Shown one piece after another: positions 16,667 to 23,876 of a stretch of 64,000 bases of DNA. The position numbers were made by a program, and so were the translations under genes. Below the pieces are notes generated by a model that worked only from the letters and a program-made list of their open reading frames with translations, had not been told where the DNA came from and made no database searches. The first letter of the stretch is position 1. Each line of letters begins with the position of its first letter. This DNA is from Streptosporangiaceae bacterium (lineage in GTDB: Bacteria > Actinomycetota > Actinomycetes > Streptosporangiales > Streptosporangiaceae). Where the stretch lies: contig JBOHCK010000001.1 of the NCBI GenBank assembly GCA_050698755.1, positions 140 to 64,139 on the forward strand, given 5' to 3'.

Positions 16667-17752
16667 TTACCGCGTCGTTACGGCACGGGGGCCAACGCGA
16701 ACCCGAACCGCGCCGCAGGCACACGACGGATGCGGTGGCCAGGTCCGGCGCCGCCACTGCCAGTCCGGGAGAACCACTTCGAGGGTCCCGTTCACGGTAG
16801 CCGGGACCGCGGTCGCGGGGATCAGCGGGGCCGACCCGGCCTGGTCGATGAACGCCAGGGCCTGCGCGGAGGCCATCGTGGCCGTCATGGCGGCCAGCAC
16901 GGTATCGCAGGCCTGCGGCTGGGCCGGGGCGAAGGTGGCCTGGGCCAGGATCTTAGGCCAGGCCGGATCCCCGTCGGCCTTGCGCATGTCCACGCAGCGC
17001 AGACAGGCCGACCGCCCCGGCCGGACCAGCGGCCCGACCACGCCGATCGCCTCGCTGGCCCAGACGGCCAGATGGGGCACGCGGTCACGCAGGAGGCCCT
17101 CGGTCAGGTCCGGCAGCGCCGGGGCGGTGAGGATCACCAGGTCGGGTACCGCGCCGTCGTCCAGGGTCCTGACGTCGGGGGCTGCCCGCCCGACCGCCCG
17201 GGCGGCGCCCTCCTGCCTCGGCTCGCCCAGGTCCGCCCGGATCAGCCCGGCGGGCGCGAGATCGGCAGGCCGGGCCGCTCCCGAATCGGTGCACGTGACG
17301 TGCCCCACGCCGGAGGCGGCCAGGAAGGTCGCGACGCACGCGCCGGTCCGGCCCGCCCCGTGGATCCTGACGAAGGCGGCCCGGCGGCGCGCCAGGGTGC
17401 GGGCCCCGCCGTCCCCGTCCGCGTACGCCAGCGAGGCGGTCGCGAGTTCCGGGGCCAGGCGCGCCCGCAGTTCGTCGGGGAGGCTGGCGTGCAGCCGGGC
17501 CGGGTAGTCATCGAGCACGCCCGCCGCCGCCAGCACCGCGAGCACGTCGCTGGCCGCCTGCTCGCAAACGCCGTACGTCCCGGCCGTGGCGATGACCGCC
17601 GCGCGATCCCGGCTCCCGTCCAGCAGGCTGATGACGGCCGCGGTCCGGCCGAGCCCGCCAATCGCGACCGCCCGCCGCGGATCCACGCCCACCTGCAGCG
17701 TGTCGCGGTCCCGCCACACCGGCAGCAGCCCCGCCTTCAATGCTGGCCTCAT
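16667..17752 (-). CDS. ThiF/MoeB/E1-like adenylyltransferase-fold protein
   Basis: Likely start is the internal Met at 17752 (MRPALKAGLLPVW...). Rossmann-like VRIHGAGRTGACVATFLAASGVGHVTCTD. CLRC and CAC Cys pairs lie near the C-terminus. Start uncertain (17752, 17776 or 17833). Confidence 0.6.
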   Translation of the reverse strand: MRPALKAGLLPVWRDRDTLQVGVDPRRAVAIGGLGRTAAVISLLDGSRDRAAVIATAGTYGVCEQAASDVLAVLAAAGVLDDYPARLHASLPDELRARLAPELATASLAYADGDGGARTLARRRAAFVRIHGAGRTGACVATFLAASGVGHVTCTDSGAARPADLAPAGLIRADLGEPRQEGAARAVGRAAPDVRTLDDGAVPDLVILTAPALPDLTEGLLRDRVPHLAVWASEAIGVVGPLVRPGRSACLRCVDMRKADGDPAWPKILAQATFAPAQPQACDTVLAAMTATMASAQALAFIDQAGSAPLIPATAVPATVNGTLEVVLPDWQWRRRTWPPHPSCACGAVRVRVGPRAVTTR

Positions 17753-17829
17753 AGCCACATGCTGACACCAAGCCATGACATTCCCGAACGGTGCCCTTCC
17801 GGGAAAGGCCGCGCACACCCCTTGACGAC

Positions 17830-17863
17830 GCATCTATCAAAGTGATATCACTTTGATAGATGC
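17830..17863. promoter_or_regulatory. perfect 34-bp AT-rich palindrome, probable operator
   Basis: GCATCTATCAAAGTGATATCACTTTGATAGATGC equals its own reverse complement. It lies between the divergent ThiF-like gene and a small membrane-protein gene, with TTGACG immediately upstream at about 17822. Confidence 0.7.
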
Positions 17864-17901
17864 TCGGACGGCCGGGCACCACAAGTACAGAGGAGAATCC
17901 G

Positions 17902-18144
17902 ATGCGAAACATGTATGCGCACCCCACTTACGCGCCCCCTGGGATCATGAAGGTCATCCCGTTCTGGGAGTACCGCTACCCGAGGACCTTCATCGGCATG
18001 GGCGCGACCGGTGCTGCCTTGTGCGTCATCGCGGGCGCCATTCTGATGGCCGTGGGGTACTACCCCTGGGGAGTCGCGCTGTTCGCGGCGGCGGCACTGC
18101 GCAGCTGGATCGCGTACCAGCTCGTGCAGTTCGTCCACAGCTAG
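17902..18144 (+). CDS. small membrane protein (two predicted TM helices)
   Basis: ATG at 17902 is preceded by GAGGAG. 80 aa with two hydrophobic stretches (FIGMGATGAALCVIAGAILMAV, WGVALFAAAAL). No family recognised. Confidence 0.5.
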   Translation: MRNMYAHPTYAPPGIMKVIPFWEYRYPRTFIGMGATGAALCVIAGAILMAVGYYPWGVALFAAAALRSWIAYQLVQFVHS

Positions 18145-18372
18145 CCTTCGGACGGGCCGCCAGGCCACCAGTCGATCCGGGGTCCGGCCGTCTCTAACAA
18201 GTCCCCCGACGGCCCCGCCCGATCGCAACCTCTAGCCCGCCGGCCTACGCCGGCGGGCTTTCGGCGGCCAGGGGCACTCCCAAGTCCCGGCGACCACCGG
18301 GTAACACGCGGGCGGTCCGAGAACACTGACAGGTGGAACCCATTACCGCGCCTGACGCTTCCGGAGGACCCC

Positions 18373-18837
18373 ATGACCACCGTCCGCATCGCGCACGCCG
18401 AGCCCAGGCCAGGAAAGCTGAGCACCGGGGGATTCTCGACCAAGGGTTTCCTGGTCGTGCTCGCCGACGACGTCGGCCACCGGGCGGTGCCGATCTGGAT
18501 GACCAGCGAGCCAGGAGGAGGCGACCTGTCGGAGCTCCTCGGGTCCGCCCACGAGATCGTGACGGCCAGCGCTCCGCAGGAACTCACCGCCCGGCTGCTG
18601 CACGCGGTCAACGCCACCGTGACCGGCGTGGACATCGACATGACCACCGCGGACGCGACGGAGTTGACCCCGCAAGCCACCGTCGCGCGGATCGGGCTCA
18701 GCGGTCCCGCGGGAACCCGGCAGGTCACGGCGGCCCTCGGCCTGGGCCTCGCCATGGCGGCCGCCGCGGATGCCCCGGTCCGGCTGCCCGACGCAGTGCT
18801 GGATCGCCTGGCCGCGCGCCGTGCTCGCCGACCCTGA
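18373..18837 (+). CDS. bifunctional-nuclease (BFN/DUF151) domain protein, possibly frameshifted at the 3' end
   Basis: 154 aa. FLVVLADDVGHRAVPIWMTSEPGG resembles the BFN core (LLL.E..g.R.LPIWIG). The downstream +1-frame ORF 18770-18994 overlaps its 3' end. Confidence 0.5.
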   Translation: MTTVRIAHAEPRPGKLSTGGFSTKGFLVVLADDVGHRAVPIWMTSEPGGGDLSELLGSAHEIVTASAPQELTARLLHAVNATVTGVDIDMTTADATELTPQATVARIGLSGPAGTRQVTAALGLGLAMAAAADAPVRLPDAVLDRLAARRARRP

Positions 18838-18998
18838 CAACCACATCGTCACCGTCGCCGGCCAGCCCGACTGGACCGGGCATGAGGTCACCGCGAGCGT
18901 TCCCGGCGACACCTACACCGTTATGTTCGGGGTCTTCCTGGCCGGCCCCGGCCGCATCGAGCTACGCGACCCGGAACTGACCCGGCCCGCCTAACCGG

Positions 18999-19379
18999 CT
19001 ATCGCTCCGACTGCGCGGTTGGCGAACCACCGTCCCGCTGCTGGCCGGCGGCAATCCTGATGGCGGCGTCGATGGACTCGACCGAGTATTTCGGCCCCAT
19101 GTCCCGCAGGGCCCGGCCCAGATCCATCATCCAGCTCGTTTCCGCCAGTACGGACTGACCGTCGAATACGGCCGCGCCGTCGGGATCCGAGGTATCGATC
19201 ACGGGCAGGCGATCAACGCTGGCCGCGATTCGCACCGCCGCCAGCCGGCCGGTGGCCAGCTCGGCCTGGAGCGCCTTGATCCGCCTTCTCCTGGAGTGTC
19301 CCTCGCCAGCCTGGACCGCCAGCTCGCGCAGCCCCTGCAGGACGTCGACGAGCTGCGCCAGCCGTTCCTGATCGATCAT
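18999..19379 (-). CDS. hypothetical protein
   Basis: In-frame ATG at 19379 (MIDQERLAQLVDVLQG...) overlaps the stop of the upstream YoaK-like gene (ATGA). The rest of the 276-aa ORF is antisense-like R/G-rich sequence. Confidence 0.45.
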   Translation of the reverse strand: MIDQERLAQLVDVLQGLRELAVQAGEGHSRRRRIKALQAELATGRLAAVRIAASVDRLPVIDTSDPDGAAVFDGQSVLAETSWMMDLGRALRDMGPKYSVESIDAAIRIAAGQQRDGGSPTAQSER

Positions 19380-20239
19380 CTGGTCCCTCTCCTCCCATCT
19401 GCGCGGGCCTGCCCGGCCGTCCGGGCCCGAGGCCAGGTGGCCAGCACGACGCAGGTGATCAGCGCGGCCAGCGGAAGGGCCGGGACACCGTCCGGCGCGG
19501 TCGCCACGAGCAGGCCAGTCAGGCTGGCGCCCGCCGCGAGCCCGAGCAGGACCCCGAGGCGCCGCCAGCGGTCCGGAGCGCGCGGCCCCGGGCTGACCAG
19601 CGAGCTGACCAGCCCGGTCAAGGTCCCGGTGAGGTAGGTGGTCGACACCTCGGTCAAACCCATGTTCTTGACCGCCGATGACTGTACCCCCATCCCAGCC
19701 GCCGCCATCGCGAGCAAGCAGAACTGCACCCACCCGCCCGGCCGGGCCCCGGTGACCTCCCACCCAACGGCGAACCCGCCGAGCAGGGCCAGCTCGGCCA
19801 GCAGCGCCCAGGTGATGTGAACCGGCCACGCCCCCGCCCGTCCCTCGCCCGCCTGCGCGTCACCCTCCTTGCCCTCTGCGTCCTTGCCGCCCCCGCCCCC
19901 GTCCTTCCCGATCCCGATCCCGCCCGCGTCCTTCCCGGCCCCGACCCCGCCTCCGCCCACGTCAGCCGCGGTCCGGCCGCTCGTCCCCCGGGCACCCACG
20001 GCGATGCGGCTGCCGCAGACCACGCCGGCGATGTACCCGAGGATGGCGAGGGCCGTGTGACTGGCCAGCGTCAGCGACCCGCGGGCCGCGGCGAGCCCCC
20101 ACAGCACGATGTTCCCCGTCATGACGCTGGTGAAGACGGTCCCGAGCCTGGTGAAGCTGGCCACGTCCATCGCCCCCGACGCGAACGTCAGCGCGACCGC
20201 GATCACCGTCAAGACCTGCCCACTCGGCCTATGGTCCAT
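19376..20239 (-). CDS. YoaK/DUF1275-family membrane protein with a Gly/Lys/Asp-rich loop insertion
   Basis: Start at the internal Met (MDHRPSGQVLTVIAVALTFASGAMDVASF...TGN), typical of the DUF1275 N-terminus. Multiple TM segments. Confidence 0.7.
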   Translation of the reverse strand: MDHRPSGQVLTVIAVALTFASGAMDVASFTRLGTVFTSVMTGNIVLWGLAAARGSLTLASHTALAILGYIAGVVCGSRIAVGARGTSGRTAADVGGGGVGAGKDAGGIGIGKDGGGGGKDAEGKEGDAQAGEGRAGAWPVHITWALLAELALLGGFAVGWEVTGARPGGWVQFCLLAMAAAGMGVQSSAVKNMGLTEVSTTYLTGTLTGLVSSLVSPGPRAPDRWRRLGVLLGLAAGASLTGLLVATAPDGVPALPLAALITCVVLATWPRARTAGQARADGRRGTR

Positions 20240-20553
20240 GGCCCGCAAGGAGATCACCTCAGGACCCCGCCAGGCAAGCCGGACCCCTTGCCGCCGAACC
20301 ACAACGCTCCTGCCTGGGGGTCGCCGACCCATGCCTGAGACCCCATGAGTCACGAGTGAGTGGTGGATCCAGTGAGTTTGGTGTTGCGTATAGCCCTGGA
20401 ATTATCCTCCCGGTAAAGATGCCGGACCCTCGTACCCCTGAGCGAATAGATGCAGCTGTGGTCAGCGGGACAACTGAGGCACCGGGAAAGCGTAGGCCAG
20501 ACCGCCCGGCGCTACCGAAGCCGGCGCCAGGTCGAGTCGGGCAAAGACCGAGG

Positions 20554-21810
20554 TCACTCCGGCTCGACCCGGACGGCCCGGGCCCAGACCGGCGCGTCGG
20601 GCGCGCCGGGGCCGAGCAGCCCGACGACGACCCGCATCCCCTTGGGCGGCGCCGACGGCCAGGGCGTGTACCCGTCGGTCAGCACGACCGTGACGGCGGG
20701 CCTGGGCCGCAGCGCGGCCGCGGCCTCGATGCCCGCGCCCATGTTGGTGCCGCCGCCGCCGACGAGCTGCACCTGGCGGGCCGAACTCACCCGCTGCGCG
20801 GGCGCGACCGCGTAGTCGCAGGCCAGCACCCGGACCTGCCGGGCCAGCCCGAGGGCCTGCAGCAGCCCCTCGACCTCGGATAGCGCCATGGACAGCAGCG
20901 ACTCGGTCATGCTGCCCGAGGTGTCGCAGACCACGGCGACCTCGGGCACCGGCCGGCGCAGCGCCGGGAGCACGACGTCACCCGCGACGGCGGACCGGCG
21001 CGAGGGCCGCCGGTAGGAGTAGTCGACGGCCCCGGACACCTCGAAGACCGCCCGGCGCAACTCGGCGGCGAGCACCTTGCGCCAGTTGACCCGCGGGCTG
21101 AGGACCTGTTCCGCCCAGCGCAGCATCCCGGCCGGGACGTCCCCGGCCAGCTTGGCGTGCGAGATGACGTCCTGCGCGACCTGGCGCCGCAGCAGGTCCG
21201 CCTGCCAGTCAGGCAGCCCGCCCGGCTCCTGGCCCGGCCGCGGCACCCCGTCCGCGCCGCTCCCGCAGTCAAGCCAGCCGGCCTCCGCATCCCCGGCTTT
21301 TTCCTGACCCGAACGGCCCGTGGTTTCTCCCCCGATCCCGCCCTCGAGTCCCTGAACCGAACGCCGCCCGTCCCGGATCACCGCGTAATACTGCTCGGCC
21401 AGCAGCCCGTCCTGCGCGCCCAGGTCCCGGGGGAGGACCGGGCTGCCGGGCAGGTCAAGCCCGGCCGGCACCAGGTCGTCGTTGATCTCCGCGTCCGCCG
21501 CCCTGATCCAGTCGCGCGCGTCGCGCCCCCGGTCCTCGCCCGCGCCGACCCCCGAAGCCTGGGCCCGCTCCGCGTGGGTCCGCAGCAGATGGCACACGTG
21601 GTGGACCAGCACGCTGCCGAGCTGCGCCGGGGTCCACTCGGCGGTGAGCTCGGGATCGACGCGCATCCGCCAGTTCTCGTCCACCGACACGGTCCCGCTC
21701 CCCGGGTCGGCGATCACCTGCGCCCCGAACACCCCGGTGGCCAGGTAGGGGAACCGGGTCGCCGCCCACAGCCGGGCCGCCGCCAGTCCCTCGATCCTGC
21801 CGCCGGACAT
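20554..21810 (-). CDS. VWA-domain protein with DUF2201-type putative metallopeptidase N-domain
   Basis: 418 aa. The N-domain has HHVCHLLRTH where the family normally has HExxH. The C-terminal VWA domain has a complete MIDAS (DTSGSM ... GGGTNM ... LTDG). Start is 12 nt after the AAA+ stop. Confidence 0.75.
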   Translation of the reverse strand: MSGGRIEGLAAARLWAATRFPYLATGVFGAQVIADPGSGTVSVDENWRMRVDPELTAEWTPAQLGSVLVHHVCHLLRTHAERAQASGVGAGEDRGRDARDWIRAADAEINDDLVPAGLDLPGSPVLPRDLGAQDGLLAEQYYAVIRDGRRSVQGLEGGIGGETTGRSGQEKAGDAEAGWLDCGSGADGVPRPGQEPGGLPDWQADLLRRQVAQDVISHAKLAGDVPAGMLRWAEQVLSPRVNWRKVLAAELRRAVFEVSGAVDYSYRRPSRRSAVAGDVVLPALRRPVPEVAVVCDTSGSMTESLLSMALSEVEGLLQALGLARQVRVLACDYAVAPAQRVSSARQVQLVGGGGTNMGAGIEAAAALRPRPAVTVVLTDGYTPWPSAPPKGMRVVVGLLGPGAPDAPVWARAVRVEPE

Positions 21811-21822
21811 CGCCCGCCGGGC

Positions 21823-22923
21823 CTACATCAGGCCCGCGTCGCGCAGGACCGGGGCGAACAGCTTGATCTCGGCGGGCATCTGCACGACGCCCGCGGGGCG
21901 GCACTTGGCGAGCACCCGCGCGGCCGTGGCCCCGACGTCGGGTGCGGTCTCGGCGGCGAGGCCGAGGACCTGCCAGCCGGCGGCCCAGCGCTCCGGGGTC
22001 GGGTTGGCCGCGACCGCGGCCGCGATCGCGGCCAGCGCGGCGTACGCGCGGTCGCCTCGTTCCGGCAGCCGGAACGAGGCCGGGTCGGCCAGGACCTGCT
22101 CCGGGTCGGGCAGGTCCATCTGGACCAGCCAGGCCAGGAACTCCACGCCCGCGCCGTCGCCGACGGCCCCGGCGATCAGGGCCGACCGCGCCTCATCCGA
22201 CGCGCCGGCCGCGCCCGCGGCGGCCATCAGGCGCGCCGCCATGTCCCAGGTCCGAGGCGACGGCCAGCCGCGCCCCGCCGTCGCCGGGTCGGACGGAACC
22301 GCGCACGCCAAAGCGGGCCTGACGTGCAGGAACGCGGCGACCAGGCCGCGGGCCATGATCTGTTCGGCCTCCCAGCCGTCGGGCAGCAGCGGGACCACGG
22401 GGGCCGCCCAGCCGCCGGCGAGCCCGTCGGCCACCGCCCGCGGGTCGGTCCGCCAGGCCAGGTGGCAGAGCCGGTTGGCCAGCGGCGCGGACAGGTCCCA
22501 GCCGTCGGCGGCCTGCTCGGGCGGGTTGGCCGCGGCCACGACCGCGACCTCGTCCGGCAGGACCAGGTCGCCCACGGCCCGCTCGAGCACGACCCGCAGC
22601 AGGGCGGCCTGGACGGCGGGCGGCGCGGTGGACAGCTCGTCGAGGAACAGCAGGCCGCGCCCGGCCTCGGCCAGCCGGCGCGCCCACGCCGGGGGAGCGA
22701 ACCGGACGCCGTCGCCGACCACGATGGGCAGCCCGGCGAAGTCGGAAGGCTCCCTGATCGAGGCGATGACCGTCTCGCAAGGCAGGCCCATCGTCAAAGC
22801 CATGGCCCGGATCGCGGAGGTCTTCCCGGTGCCAGGCGCGCCCCACAGCAGCACGGGCACCCGGGCCGCGACCGCGACCCCGAGCGCCTCGGCCGCCGGG
22901 TTCGAGCCAGGGGTAACGCTCAC
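21823..22923 (-). CDS. MoxR/AAA_5-type AAA+ ATPase
   Basis: Walker A is LLWGAPGTGKTS and Walker B is LLFLDELS. VVAAANP sensor region present. GTG start overlaps the upstream stop (GTGA at 22920-22923). The 5' extension to 23235 is R/A/G-rich and overlaps the upstream gene. Confidence 0.8.
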   Translation of the reverse strand: MSVTPGSNPAAEALGVAVAARVPVLLWGAPGTGKTSAIRAMALTMGLPCETVIASIREPSDFAGLPIVVGDGVRFAPPAWARRLAEAGRGLLFLDELSTAPPAVQAALLRVVLERAVGDLVLPDEVAVVAAANPPEQAADGWDLSAPLANRLCHLAWRTDPRAVADGLAGGWAAPVVPLLPDGWEAEQIMARGLVAAFLHVRPALACAVPSDPATAGRGWPSPRTWDMAARLMAAAGAAGASDEARSALIAGAVGDGAGVEFLAWLVQMDLPDPEQVLADPASFRLPERGDRAYAALAAIAAAVAANPTPERWAAGWQVLGLAAETAPDVGATAARVLAKCRPAGVVQMPAEIKLFAPVLRDAGLM

Positions 22924-23876
22924 ACCTCCCAGTGTGGCGCATGGCCGGCACCGTCGCCGCCATCGTGCACGTCGAGCGGCTCGGGCTCCGCGCCGGGGGC
23001 GCGCATCCCGAGCACCCGGGCGTCGGGCCATCCCGCCCGCTCCACCGCCACCACGAGGTGCCGGTCCACCAGCGCCAGCCCGGCCGCCCAGACCCGGGCC
23101 AGCCACGAGGGCGACAGGGCGACCCGCAGCCTGCGCTGCTCGCCCCGCCCGGTCAGCTCGACCGACCCCCAGCCCAAGGCCCCGGGCCCGGCGTGCAGTG
23201 ACACGACGACCTGGTCCGGGTCGAGCCCGAGCCACTCTTCCGCGATGGGCCCGAGCCGGCCGGCCATCGCGGCCACCAGAGCGGGCCGGGCCCGCTCCTC
23301 GGCCAGCTCGCCGGAACCGGCACCCGCGTCCGCGTGCGCCGCGGCGACGTGCCCGGCCAGCCTGACCTGGAACCCGTACCCGAGCGCGAGCAGCGACAGC
23401 ATGTCGGTCCTGCGCCGCCGGACCAGCTCAAGCTCCTCCTGGGCGCGCCGCCGCCTGCGCTGCACGCCTGCGGGCACCGACGGGTGCAGCCCCGCCGTCT
23501 GCCGCGCCGCCACCTGCATGGCCGGGGTGGTCCCGGTGAAGGCAAACGCGCCGGGCGCGCCCGGCATCGCGGCGGCTACGTCGTCCCAGCCGATGGCGAT
23601 CTCGTCGCCGGGGCCGCGCGGGCCGATGGCGAGCACCGACAGGTCCTCGGCGTGCCGCGCCCACGCCTGCGCCACCTCTACGCACCGGGCCTTCTCCCCG
23701 CCCAGGGCGGCCAGCACGAGCTCGGCCTCGGCGTCGGGGTGCTCGGGCAGCCGCAGCGATCCCGCCTCCCAGCGGACGGCGTGCGTGCCCTGGCCGCACG
23801 GCACCCTGGCCTCGCAGCTGGGCAGGCAGGCATACCACTCGTCGTTCGGGATCACGGTCACGCAGGGTACCCCCAC
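22920..23876 (-). CDS. hypothetical protein (MoxR/VWA operon partner 2)
   Basis: 318-aa ORF (GTG at 23876, or GTG at 23861 overlapping the upstream stop as GTGA). N-terminal Cys/His cluster CLPSCEARVPCGQGTH. No family recognised. Confidence 0.55.
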   Translation of the reverse strand: MGVPCVTVIPNDEWYACLPSCEARVPCGQGTHAVRWEAGSLRLPEHPDAEAELVLAALGGEKARCVEVAQAWARHAEDLSVLAIGPRGPGDEIAIGWDDVAAAMPGAPGAFAFTGTTPAMQVAARQTAGLHPSVPAGVQRRRRRAQEELELVRRRRTDMLSLLALGYGFQVRLAGHVAAAHADAGAGSGELAEERARPALVAAMAGRLGPIAEEWLGLDPDQVVVSLHAGPGALGWGSVELTGRGEQRRLRVALSPSWLARVWAAGLALVDRHLVVAVERAGWPDARVLGMRAPGAEPEPLDVHDGGDGAGHAPHWEV

